A stretch of 64,000 bases of DNA from assembly GCA_012026655.1 (NCBI GenBank), contig JAAILG010000540.1:1-64000 (forward strand), in the 5' to 3' direction. Below, piece after piece: positions 1-12,583 of the stretch. Position 1 is the stretch's first letter, and each line of letters starts with the position of its first letter. The DNA is from Hydrolagus affinis (lineage: Eukaryota). Both the position numbers and the translations under genes were made by a program. A model generated the notes under the pieces. The model was not told the origin of the DNA. It ran no database searches and worked only from the letters and a program-made list of their open reading frames with translations.

Positions 1-16
1 TTGGTTTGTAAACTAT

Positions 17-183
17 AATAATAATAATCCTTGCATTTGATATAGCGCTTTTCATATCTTCTAGATGTCTCAAAGCGCTTCACAGAATATACTGCAAAGT
101 GAATTGATATTATATATGCGGGCGAAATGTGACCGCCAATTGCACACAGCAGTGTCCCACAAACAGTCGTGGATTGAAATGAT
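17..183 (-). mobile_element. SINE 3' half (L2-like tail)
   Basis: Reverse complement of the recurrent tail ...TGTGAAGCGCTTTGAGACATCTAGAAGATATGAAAAGCGCTATATCAAATGCAAGGATTATTATT; same family as 24818-25118. Confidence 0.85.
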
Positions 184-3100
184 ATGGTCATCCAATGCGA
201 GAAATGCATTTATTAAATACATTAATAAGCTTGAAGATGAGCTTGATATTGTGTGGTGTGTGTGTATATATATATATAAAAAAGAGTAGGATAGGCAAAA
301 CTAACTACAGAATCATTGAGTACTTCAAATCTTTCCAACATCTGAACTGTAAATAAATCTTCAGTGTTACAGTTATGGGTATGAGAACAATTGATACCAG
401 CTACATTTTGCCCAAGTCGAGCCAGCCCTTTGATCATGTGTCTAATCACATATGATAGTACGACTTTGTAAACCTCATAGTTGGCTGGCTTCACTTAAAT
501 GTGAGGCGATGGCTGGATTTGAGCATTTAGATCATTTGGTTTAGCAATAAATCATTGACTAACAGTTAAGAGCTTGTTTTAGAAATGATGCGCTGCACTC
601 CTATGCGTGAAATTTCTTGTGATAATTTGATGATAACAACCGTAATATTGTCAAAAGCTTAATCACATGATAATTAAATAATGCAACACAATATCACGAA
701 AAATGTCAAAAAATCACAATAAGGGTTTTGACACATTTACTGTATTTTTTGTTAGACTGTACTGCAGTTTGGAGAAATATTGCAGGTACTTCCAGAAGTT
801 GCGTTTGTTGGCTGGAAGTAACACCACTGTTGGTCTTTAATGTGAAGCCAGAATGGCTTGCCAATCACTGCATATAAGTTTCTAAGTACTTTTAACACCT
901 ACCTTTCTTTACATTGCAAATCTTATGACATAACTACCTCCAGTCCGCCAGAGAATATGCGAGACTGTGGCTGTATATGTGGCATCACCCGCAAAATACA
1001 CAATCTTCACAATATATTCCATGAAGTACTTTGAGGCATCTCAATGATCCGATAAGACACTGTATCAAATGCAAGGATTATTATTATGTACGCTTTGTGA
1101 AACACTGCAAAACGTGAGATTGTAACTGTTTAGTCTTTTGTCATTTATGGTTGGTTTTAATTCAAATTGTTCAATGTATCTAACTGGAGGTGCTATGAAA
1201 TGTATTTCTGAATGGCATTAATGGAAAAGGAAAAACAACACGAAAATATTAATAATGCCTTTGTGTAAAATACTATTTTACTATCAAGGAATGTTTTGTA
1301 CAGATCATACATCTTCCAAGCAACAGTACAGTGATTTATCCTGTAAGTGGAGGAATATATATTCTGTTAGTTCATTTTTTTCTTGCAAAGCAAATGGTTT
1401 GAATCAACTAGCTTTTAAGCCAATGCTATAGACACTAGGCAAAATGTTTCTGAAGGAACCTTGGCAAGACACAAAGAATAATCCATCTTTGATCATCCTT
1501 GTATCTTTTTTTGGAATTACTTAAAGTAACAAAAAAAAGATTGCTGTTGGTTTTAACTTCCATTGCTACATTGGAAGGCTTTGATTTCAAATCATCCAAA
1601 CTTAATGATTGGAAAACACAAAATACAGTATTTTGAATGTGTCTAACTGGAGGTGATATTAAATGTGCTTCTGAATGGCATTAATTGAGGGGAAAAAAGA
1701 CAATAATATATTCTATCACAGCATTCAGTAAAAGAAACAGTTGTATATTGTGTCAAGTGCCAACTGAAAATACATCTGTGAAAATCATGCAATTGGTATT
1801 GATAGCTACAGGTCTAAAAAGGACCTGTGAACAACTGAAAGCTATGTGAGAAACCAGGGGGCGTTTTATGCAACAGTGGATAAAAATATGAATTCAGTGA
1901 TTCTATTTTATCCTCTGATCTTTCCCCTCATCCTCTACTGAAGCTCCAATTATGCCATCCAACACTCTCCTCCTCACCTTTCTTTTTGAGTATTAACTGT
2001 TGTGGGAAGCTTACAGTTACTGCAGGGGTATCTTGAAAATAGCAGCTGATCCCTGTCAGAATCCAGTATTGGAGTATATTCTGGCATGTATGGAATATAA
2101 AGACTTATTTCTTCTTTCCATAAACTCATCATTTTCACTTGCGTATGAGCCTGTGTTTTGGAAGCTATTTTTAAAAATTGTAGTTACTAAGTTAAAGTGT
2201 TCTGACATAGGATGAGAATGTTGCAAGCTGTGAGACAGCAGGGATGTAAAATGAGTTCTGAACTGCATCCAATACAGTAATTGTTTTAATAATAAAAACT
2301 TATTTTACTAAACAGTATAATACTTCCAAAATAGCTACAATTTGCTTATCTGTTGATAACTTAACTTATGTAAATTAGTCTTACCTCTAAATTTAAAAGT
2401 TGCACAGTGAATGGAAACAATAAATCTCATGTTTTATTGTTAAGATGATATTAAAGCACAGTTGGTTTTGTTGCAACTTCTTAAACATGCAGAAGCATTC
2501 AATTAAAACTTACTGAGGGTGAGGACAAGCTGAACAATACTTCCGACTTTAAACAATTCTTTAAAAAGATGCATTAATATCCTTGAATAATGAGACAACA
2601 GAGTTCAGATGTGAAAGTTTGGAATGAAAAAGTTGCTTCCATTAGCGCTTTTCATATCAGGAACATGTCTCAAAGCACTTCGCAGAATTTTACTGTAAAG
2701 GTTTGTGACTGTGTGTAAACTTGTAGGCAAACATTCTGTTTTTTACACCTCAATGTGGGTCGAATCAATCTAGTTGGGATAACACCTTCTCAAGATTGCC
2801 TTAGCCACTGGGTACCATAGTGAAACACTTTGCGATTGCGTGACTGATTTATACTGAGCAATTCACATCACCTTCTCTGCAGCTTACTGCCCTTCAGGGA
2901 AATGAGCTACCACTGACTGCAATACAATATTGCAGGTGTTTTTACTCATGTCAGGGCACGTTTTAAAACCTATTAAATCTTGCTCTGCCAATTTCCAATA
3001 AAAATGTATAGTCCTGGGATAAAAATACTACCTCAATCTCTTAGGATAATATGACACATACTTATGATTAAGATTTTTTAATCATTCAGATTATTGCAGT

Positions 3101-3944
3101 ACTGTTTTCCATGTACCCTGATTTAGCCTCAGTTATTCCTCTCCCACTCACACAAAGACAACTTGCATTTATATCGTGCCCTTCACCCAGTGCTTAAAAA
3201 GGCATGAAATTACATTATATAAGACATTAACTTGGTAACGAAGCTTCATGCAATTAATTTAATTGTACACTTATCTTAATTGTAGTGTATAAATTTACCT
3301 TATCTCATATATAAAACTTCCAGTACTCAGAATTCTAAACCTTGAACTTCAAATAGGGCGAGGCTGTTTAATATCTTATTCATATTTTGGTCTAAGGTTA
3401 ATGTTTAGCAATGAATAACTGGAATGCTTAATAGTTGAGAGGTCAACAGTGTCATAGTAAAATCTCTTGAGAACCCCATTCAAAGATAAACAGAGAAGTG
3501 TTTAGCTTTCACTTGATCTCTGCTGACAAGTATAACAGAAGTACTCGCCAGCTAGTTAATGCCCTGGATTGATTTCATTGCAGTAACTGATACATTTTCA
3601 GAAATTAATAGCAAAGTGTTAAATATGAAAGACAGTTTTTTTTTGCAGTTTCAAAAATATTTATTATAAACTGATGGACAAACCATATGTTGTTAACTGT
3701 ATTTGGAGAAATGCAAGTGTATGATTAATAGATCAAAATTGGTACCTTTGTATTTAATCAATGCAAAGAATAGTGCTAAAGAACAAATAATGCTGGACAA
3801 TTAAATGGATACAGTGATGCAGCCATTTGAACAGTTTATGTTGTTGTTGTATACACAATCAAGAAGAACATTATAAATCATAATCACAACATTATTCCAT
3901 ATGACTAAGTTGACTGAATTGATGTCATTTGGGCTCATCGTTAG

Positions 3945-4790
3945 CTCGTGACAGCCTGCCTGTCTGACATCAAGTGCTGGACGAGGTTCAACTTTCTTCA
4001 GCTCAATGTCAGCAAGACCGAGGCCCTCCTGATTGACTCGCGTCAGCGCCTCCGTTCCTCAGGCGCTGGCAGCATCAGCATCCAAGGCTGTACTCTCCAT
4101 CTCTCGAAGCCAGTCAGGAACCTGTTTGACCCTGAACTGTCCTTCCTGCCCCACATCCCCGCTATGTTTTAATTTCAAATAAACATTTATAGATTTTTTT
4201 ATTTCAAATGCAATTCCTGCTTAAGATCTAAAACAGATTCAACTTCAAACGTTTAGTCAGATGTTCCACGCCATCCACCACTTCCATAACATTGCCAGAC
4301 TCAGCCACTGCATCACCCTTCAGGCTGCCGAAACTCTTGTCTATGCACTCATCACATCAAAGCTGGAAACACCCTACTCGTTGGACTTTCTGGCTATTCC
4401 CTTCACAAGCTGCAGATCATCCAGAACTCTGCAGCTCGTGTCCTCTCTCACTAAGCTCCACGACCACATCACTCCCACCCTCGCCCAGCTCCATTGGCTC
4501 CCCATTCCCCAGAGGATTGAATTCAAGATCTTCGGCCTCACTTTCAAGGCCATTCACAGCCTTGCCCCTCCCTACCTATCCGACCTGCTTCATCCCTTTC
4601 CTCCGTCAAGGCTGGGCTCAAGATCCTCCTCTTCGATTGTGCCTTCTGCCACCCTCCCAACTCTCTCTCTCCCTTTACCCTTACTCTGCCCCTCCCCCTT
4701 GCTTGGGTCCCGACCCCTGACTGTTCAGTGCCTTGGGATTCCTCCCGACATGAAAGACGCTCTGTAAATGTAATTTTGTTGCTGTTGTTG
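3945..4790 (+). mobile_element. 5'-truncated, degenerate L2 LINE (RT C-terminus plus 3' UTR)
   Basis: ORFs CLSDIKCW..FNFLQLNVSKTEALLI and HNIARL...HITPTLAQLHWLPIPQRIEFKI are typical L2 ORF2 ends. Has frameshifts, a C-rich UTR and a (TTG)n tail. Confidence 0.88.
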
Positions 4791-5220
4791 ATGGTCCCAT
4801 GAATCCGTGCTGTTTGCCAAACACTTTACATTTCAAATGAATCCAGCTTTGAGTATTGTAACAGAAAACTAAATGCCTCATGAACATCTGTGTCAGTGCA
4901 CTACATCCTCATTAAGTGCAGTTAACCTTTGTTATGAAGTGGGGCTGTGCATTTATTAAAGTTGCATTCCTACTGGTTGAAGCAAATTTTTGTTAATGGA
5001 CACAGATCGTATTGAAGTGTCCGCCGGAAACTCGGCTTTTTGTCAATCTGCTGTTTTGGCTTTAATGCTTTACACATTTCCTCTATTAACATGTGGTTTA
5101 TTTCAAAGACTCATTAGATCCTGTAAGCACTGATCTAACTGAAGCAAGTTTTTTTTAAAAAAAATTAACAAGCCTGAAAGCAATAATCTCATGCGCTGAT
5201 AGGGAGACAATAAAATTCCA

Positions 5221-5330
5221 TAGAACCATAGAAATTTACGGCACAGAAGAAAACCATTCAACTCATCGTATCTGAGCCAGCTCCCTCAAGAGATATCTTT
5301 TCAGTTCCATTTCCCTGCTCTTTCCCCATG
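5221..5330 (-). mobile_element. CR1 LINE 3' tail fragment
   Basis: CATAGAAATTTACGGCACAGAAG...GCTCTTTCCCCAT is the reverse complement of a CR1-type 3' end; similar to 27063-27175. Confidence 0.65.
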
Positions 5331-5568
5331 AGCAGTTTTCAGTATTAAGGAGGCATAGTGCAATGTGGAGTAAGATGTATTTAAATTCAACCTAGTAATT
5401 TGTCATTTTATTACTTGACATTTGATATGGAGATCTGAAATTATTGTAATTTGCTAATTATTTTCCTGAATCCAACCGCAAGAATTTTATCTCTTTAATG
5501 GAGTGTGTATTTCAAACTGATCTAGTTCATAGACATTTCTGATATGGTTTTACCTTCCTGATTTGTAG

Positions 5569-5696
5569 ACATCCAGGAGCACACGTTCAGATGAGGATAA
5601 GGCTTTTGGATGGGATGCCTGGGGGTCTTGGAGCGACTGTTCTCGGACTTGTGGAGGAGGAGCCTCGTACTCTCTCAGAAGATGCTTAAACATCAG
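5569..5696 (+). CDS. ADAMTSL3: exon 1 in window: TSRSTRSDEDKAFGWDAWGSWSDCSRTCGGGASYSLRRCLNI(R); start of TSR1
   Basis: tttgtag|ACA...ATCAG|gtcaga; 128 nt, phase 0-2. Contains WxxWxxW and CSRTCGGG motifs. Not in the ORF track. Confidence 0.95.
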
Positions 5697-7938
5697 GTCA
5701 GAGCCAGGTTCTAATTTCACTCCTGCAGGAATAAAGTGATCACGTGCAATGTCAGACAAATGTATAAATGGCCAAGATTTTCACAAGACAATGGAATTAA
5801 TATTTTAATTATGGATTGCCCTGGTCTTTATCTACTAGTTCTATTACAGAGAGATATCATGTATTTTGTTCACCTTCCTCTTCCACTTCAGACCTTAATG
5901 ATGTTTTTGGCAAACGACCTTCCTCCATCCCTCCTTTTGGTCCTACCACAAGTTAACACATCAGTTCTGTGGTGTGGGAGTTGCTGCAGTGTTGGAGGTA
6001 GTGTCCTTGGGGTGACACATCACATCAACACCTGCTACTTTTCTGGTGGATGTTCAATTTCTCATGGCGTTACACAGTTTGCTGAATCAAGATCCTTAGT
6101 CAGCTTCTCTACATTGTCTCTCTAAAAGCAGATATGCCGTGCTGATTTCTTCAATGATGGAACACAGAGGTTTTTTGCTTGGGTCTATATGATTTATTGT
6201 CCGAGAGTTGTCAACCTTTATAACCTCCAGCAATGTGCCACACGCTCCACCAGGGTTTGATCAACTTCTACCTGTTTATTTTGTGTGACTGCTCCTCAGC
6301 TGATATATACAATGTCCATTGGCTGTATTCCCTGCAGGGCTGACTTGCTCAGGGAGACCTGATGGTTCTACCATTTACGGTATCAAACAATTCTAAACCC
6401 CAAGTAACAAGAACTGTCAACATTTTCTGCATGCTAAGCCAATACACTGCAATACTATTTCCAGGTCATACTTTAACTTAAAGATTACATTAATGTTGGA
6501 ATGGCTTTTTGTGCCTTTCTTGTGATATCTGTCACACTACAGAACTGCATAGTACTGAAGGCATTATTGGGAGCCGATAAATGCACTTCCTTCACTCTAT
6601 GTGCCCACCCTCTTAAGGTTGGTTTTCTTTATCATAGAAGCAACCGAGCTTTCCTCAACTGGGGTCACCACAGTTAAATCCCCCGACACTCCTCCCGTTT
6701 GCTTCAGCTTGTTATTCTATGACGATTTAAACTGCTGAAACAAATGTTTCATTAATATTCTGTGCCAATGAGAATGACACAACATTGCATTCATTCTGTG
6801 GCATTGAAACTCCATGTGGCATTTTGTTCACCTTGGACTATGTGTAACATAAGACCTGCTACAGTGCTTGCCAAACCACAGGCCCCCATTCACAGCAAGG
6901 ATATGTAATGCATTGAAACTGATGTCTATATTCTAGCACTGTCTACTTAAGGTGTTATGAGACACTGCTTCTACCAAGCTATTTCACCTAAATATGTGCC
7001 TCGGAGCTGTCTTATGAAGTGAACCACACTTGTTTATGTTGGATATAAAGCAAGTCCCCAGGCAAAAGATTTGTGCCTATATTTACATTTTTCATAGTGT
7101 TTATACAGTGCACTATTTTGCTTGTGATGCCTGAATTAATAGCCCGACTATGATCTCCAGTTGCTAAAACCGGGGATGTATTTAGAGATTGAGAATCAGA
7201 AACCACTTGCGTGATGAATAATAATAACAACAGTACCTTCATTGTGTAATAGACTGTGTTTGCCAGAAAAACAGATTATTCACTATAATCTTGAAGAAAC
7301 CTTAGCAATGTGGACTCTTTTCTTAACCATAATTGTGATTGATACACATGATCAAGTGAGTTGTTGGTGTATTCTGGATCCATTTGAATGACCTTTAATA
7401 ATGGTTAACTATATGTAATCGACTTACTTTTAATAAATACACATGAAAGGGAGTTTTATTTTGATGGTAAGCATTTGATCATGATAGGAGTAGGGAATGT
7501 AAAAACAAATTACAGTACTAAAATAGTATGGGCTCAGCTTTTCTGGATTGAATGTGCTTGTTCATGCTCAGTTGGATTTTTATCAATGAGTAGTTTCATT
7601 ATATATAAGCTTCTGGCAGGTATGCTCTACTCGTGTTTTGACAGGTGAAATAAAATTTAACTTGATTTAGGATCAGAGCAAAAGCCCCTGACAAGAATGA
7701 TTTCATTTGATGCAATTGGCTTATATTCTTGGCTAAAACCTTACATTTATTATTAGCAAAGAGAATTAAAAAATATTTAGGATTAGAGGATTTCTACCAT
7801 GGAGACTTCCTTTGTTGAGTCATTCGCACATGTGAGATTGGCTGAATAAAGGAAGCTGTTGTAAATTGTTTGACATGTGTTAATTTCACATTTTCAAAGA
7901 TTGTTCTCTGTCATTTTGTTTTATTTCCTGTCTCCTAG

Positions 7939-7984
7939 GCATTGCGAAGGGCGAAATATTAGGTATAAAACTTGTAGCAGTGTG
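7939..7984 (+). CDS. ADAMTSL3: exon 2: (R)HCEGRNIRYKTCSSV
   Basis: ctcctag|G...GTG|gtaagt; 46 nt, phase 2-0; matches the CEGxNIRYKTCS end of TSR1. Confidence 0.94.
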
Positions 7985-10483
7985 GTAAGTAGTGAATAAA
8001 ATGTATTTTTGTACGCACATATGCAAAGGTCTCTATGAAAACTGCTGGGTGGACTCCAATGTTCAATTTGGTGTCAAAGCTTTCTTCTCTGTGTATGGTT
8101 TTATAACTAAGAATAGAAATGTCAATCCTCCTGATGATTGCAGATATTATTATAGAGGAATGGATTCCAAGCATCAGTATGGAGTCTGCTGATGCAGCTA
8201 CAAAGTACGCTAATTCTACATCCCATACCAACATCTGAATGGCTTCTCTACATTTGATTGACAGTACAGCATCAGTAGTAGTGGTTTGGAGACTGCACTA
8301 TCTAGGAGTTATGTTGAACTGGTTAACATCAATGCATTAGGAACCTTACAGCTAGCAAAGAGAGGGAAGTTTCAGCCATAAATTATGGGTTGAATTTGAA
8401 CGCAAGGTCTAGAGGCATAAAATCACTGTGATCACCGTTTGCTGCTTGGCTGGGTTCATTGTAAAATAGGATTCATATCTTCGAACAGCTCTTCCAATAG
8501 TACAGGTGAATTTATCCAGTGAGTTGCTGAGCATACACAAACCAAAATTGTTTGACTTCTGGTCGGTGATGAAATAATCTTAGCTCCTCTTCTCACTCCT
8601 CCCAACCCACCACCCACCCGCCACTGTCAAATAGCCTGCCATGGTTCAGATATTCATATAGCCAATTGGGTGAAATAGCAGAATATGTCTAGAGCTTGTG
8701 GAACAGAACTACCAGTAAAAGAATAATGGTGCTTGATTAAAAACTTAGAAATATTTCACATTTTAGTTGCACATTATTTAGTTCACATTTTAAGTGTATT
8801 TGCTGGTTCACATATGTTTGGAAATGCACACGTGAACAGAATGCCCCCAATTGGTTCCATCGGCTAAAAATGTCTCTGATGTTTCAAATTCTATCCTGTC
8901 AGTATCATCTCATGGTGGTTTATAATTGTTTGGACTGTAAAGCATTAGCATTTTTCTTAGCTCTATCAGCAGGACATGCATGTGTAAGACCATTATGAAA
9001 ATTCCAACACATCTATTCCTATGGGAATAAGTAGAACCTCATAAAACTAACTACTGGAATGATCATTATTGTTCCCAAGATAATGTTGAAACGACTCAAC
9101 CAAAAATTTGCTCTTTTGTAAATGTTTCTCTTCTGCACATTAATTAGTCTTGAGAAAACTATAACATTTCCGAATTCCAATTTTCTTTTTAGTGATTCCT
9201 ATTGAATTTCTATTGATTTAAGGTAATTTGGTTTTATGAGAATAATATATCTGAGAATGAATAATAAGCAGACATGCCAGCCATGTTATTTAAGTACACA
9301 TTGAGGACTGTATTTGTTGATATTAAAAATATTTTGCTTTAAAATGCATTTCTAATATTTACACATTAATGTCTGAGAATTATTACCATTATGAGGTTAG
9401 TAAATAAATGTTGTATTGACGTTGTGTGATTTCTAGGCAAGTTATTTTCATAATGAGCAGTTTTATATAGTAAAGACTATATACCCTGTGTCCAGCTCCT
9501 TAAATTTACTTTTGTTGTTAAATCAACAACACAGCGGCTGAAAGTAGTAAAGTATCAAGTTATTTAATGACCTCATCAACTACAAGAGCAAAGGTTTTGC
9601 GAGGTCTTGTAAAGGTCTTGTAAATCCAAATGTTCTGCATGTACAACAGCCTTACATATACACTGTGCTTTTCCGGAACTATTTCGGCCTTTTGGGGGAC
9701 ATTTATCTTTTATTGCCAGTAGTAGCAGTTATCACCTGTTGTTCGCTTCGTAAGCGAACAACAGAAATAATTTCTATCTGTTACAGGTATCTGGTACATC
9801 TAGAGTAATGTACAGTTCGGATCGTATTAATAAGGCATCGCCCATCACTTTATTCACTGTGGCCTTTCTCCACTGAGGATTGAGACTGGGTTCGCTTTCC
9901 GTTTCTGTAGCTGGGACTTTCTCTTGTTTTCTTTCTCTTTTCACTCGAGGTCCAAAATTTTACATGGTCTTTAACTTGTAAAAATTAAATTCACGCCGAA
10001 TTAAGGAAAATTATTAAATTCCACCACAAATTGGAAGCAGGTTCTTTCTTTTAAGAACTATGGAGTAAGGGTTTCTCTACGAAGCCTTAGTAATGCATCC
10101 CAGCACCAATCCCAGAGGAACACTTTCAATTGCACAAAGCATGACATTTTGCGTTCCTCATTACCCACCCAGAGGACTTTCTCAGTGTGATTGCCAATTT
10201 AGCTCCAAATCAAGGGCAAAGTTGTTTGAATTCATGTTGGTGGTTTAAGGTCTGCACAAATCAGTTTTACAAAAGGCTCTTACCTCTGCAAGAGGATTCA
10301 GAGTCAAGCAACAAAGAAGACTTTCATTCCATCAATTTGGGATGGGTTTGTTTGAATTCTGGTCTCGGTGGTGAGAGGCTGTTATGCTATCCCACTGTGT
10401 ATTGTTCAGTTTCATCTCAGTCCTTCATCTCTTTCAATGCTATGCATTATTGCATATTTCCCACGATTTTGAGATGCAGAATG

Positions 10484-10509
10484 AGTGTGTGTGTGTGTGT
10501 GTGTGTGTG
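10484..10509. repeat. (GT)n microsatellite about 65 nt upstream of the exon 3 acceptor
   Basis: Direct reading of gtgtgtgt... Confidence 0.95.
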
Positions 10510-10573
10510 CTTTGCAACACTGTTAGTTCTTAGTTTCTTCTATGTTCACTTTGTACTTTATCTGTGTTTAAAG

Positions 10574-10810
10574 GATTGCCCTCCTGAGGCCGGTGATTTC
10601 CGAGGTCAACAGTGTTCTGCACATAATGATATGAAACACCAGGGACAATCTTATGAATGGATTCCTGTATACGGTGACCCAGATAATCCATGTGCTCTGA
10701 AATGTCAGGCTTCGGGAACAAGTTTGATTGTGGAATTATCGCCCAAAGTGCTTGATGGTACCCGGTGCAACACCGAGACTTTGAATATGTGCATCAGTGG
10801 AATTTGTCAG
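10574..10810 (+). CDS. ADAMTSL3: exon 3: DCPPEAGDFRGQQCSAHND...LDGTRCNTETLNMCISGICQ; Cys-rich module
   Basis: tttaaag|GAT...CAG|gtcggt; 237 nt, phase 0-0; lies inside ORF 10187..11068. Confidence 0.96.
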
Positions 10811-11248
10811 GTCGGTTTACAGTGTACTTACCAACAGTGGCTGTATGTAGTTAAAGTACTGCTTTTTTTTTGCTGCAAAATCATCATGGAAACATTAAGT
10901 ATTAAAGCAGTATGTGAGCATGAACTATGTTTCTTAAACTTTAGTCCACTTTTTTTGTGGGTGGGGGTGGGGGGGAGAGGAGGGGGGAAGTCAATGTCAA
11001 ATATCATCAAGAAAGTGAAGGCTGCTTTCAATAGCTTTACCACGAAAAGTGATCGTTCAACAACTTGAAAGCATTCACTGGATAAAGCTTTGTTCAAGTT
11101 TCTGAACAATTCATTGTAACTGAGCCCCTCTCCCAATGGCTGCCCAATGCCCAGCAGCTACTCAATTGCAGCTCAGCTAAAATTGAGGAATTCTTAATTT
11201 CAGAAGCAATACAATCCTTGCCAGCAAACGGGAGCAGAAACCTCTAAA

Positions 11249-11476
11249 CAGGCGTTGGCCAACCCATGGCCCGGGGGCCGGAAGTGGCCCTCAAGGCCAT
11301 CAAAAAATGCCTCCCCCCCACAAACACTCACACAGTCCAGACAAGTCTGTTCCAAATCAATGCCTTGTTTTCCAGTAGATTCTGAGTGTCGATGCCCTTG
11401 CTGCAGCAATAAATGAAGAAGTATTCAATCAGGAAAATCTATATTGTTGATCGATCCAAAACGTTGGCTACCACTT
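11249..11476. mobile_element. degenerate hAT (Charlie-like) non-autonomous DNA transposon / MITE
   Basis: Left end CAGGCGTTGGCCAACCCATGGCCCGGGGGCCG resembles Charlie-type ends. Right end GTTGGCTACCACT is roughly complementary. Flanks ctctaaa / ttctggaa resemble the NTCTAGAN target. Confidence 0.55.
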
Positions 11477-11775
11477 TTCTGGAACTTATCACACTGTGGT
11501 GCCTTTGCTTATAAAATGTACATATTTTAATTTAATAGACATTGTTTGTGTTTTATCCATATTATTTTATAATCAAGGGTTTCACTGAAACGTGCTGTAA
11601 TCCTTGCAAGTTAATATGTTTAAAATTCTGTTTCAAAGCCTTCTAAATACATTGGATTTAACTTTGAACCTTATGTGTTTATTCTTCGTGAGTTTTATTT
11701 TAAAGTCCTCAAAAAGAACCATGTTAATTGAATACAAATTAACATGGATACAAATATAATTTTTTGGAAAGTAGG

Positions 11776-11975
11776 AATAATAATCCTTGCATTTGACATA
11801 GTGCCTCATCATATCAAAAAGTCTTGAAGCACTTCACAGAGCTTCCTCCAACTGTGACGTGGTTATGTTGAATGATATAATAATAATCCTTGCATTTGAT
11901 ATAGTGCTTTTCACGTCTTCTAGATGTCTCAGAGTACTGCACAGAATACATTGTAAAGCGAATTGACTTTACAGA
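11776..11975 (-). mobile_element. two adjacent SINE tail fragments
   Basis: AATAATAATCCTTGCATTTGA occurs twice (about 11776 and 11878), each followed by the family tail. Confidence 0.75.
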
Positions 11976-12583
11976 ATATTCATTAAGTGAATGATGTTAT
12001 TTTCCTTTCAATTTGAAAATCATCAGAATTCTGAATGAGTGTTCCAGCTACTTAAAAATAGAAAAACAAGTACCGTTCCACTTCTCTCCCACTATTTGCC
12101 AGTCACCAAGTCTCCTTTGCCCCCAAACTAAAAAACAAGCTCTGTTGTGCCTGAGTGGGTTCAGAATTCCAAAAGGTGAAGTAAGCAGGTTTTTCACTGA
12201 GCACAAATGATGAAAAGTTGATTGCATTAACCTGATACTGTACTTGCTTATTCAGCTGATGCCATGCTGGAGCAAGAGGTCCCAGTTCTGTTCAGATGAG
12301 ATCCATTTACCTCATTCATCAATCTCAGTGAGGCAGTAGCATTTACTCTCCTCTCCGTGACTGTAGAGAACATACCATGTTATCACAATGCAAAACCTAT
12401 AAAGAGGACTGTTATTTTTTTAAAATGGTAAAGCTTGTTTTGATGCTCACAAGTCTATAGCCTGGTCAGTCCTCATTACCATTCTCTCATTATCTTCACA
12501 GTGGTTGTTCTTTAACACTTTTACTGTTGTATAAAAACTCTCTCCCAATAAAGGACTATGTCTGGAACTGACGCATTCCAATC

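Noticed and set aside
781-830. Possible upstream ADAMTSL3 exon (LPEVAF resembling FLPEFAL)
   Set aside because: Similarity stops after a few residues and the frame closes. The upstream exons appear to be outside the window.
8290-8720. Possible ancient SINE remnants (LF-SINE-like head); similar hints near 12240, 13770 and 51550
   Set aside because: Too degenerate to assign a family or boundaries by eye.
10958-10988. G-rich tract, possible G-quadruplex (similar at about 16040-16070 and in L2 UTRs)
   Set aside because: Such simple G-runs are common in this sequence; there is no evidence of function.
10187-11068. 293-aa ORF as a stand-alone gene
   Set aside because: Only 10574-10810 is the real exon; the rest is intronic read-through including (GT)n and G-runs.
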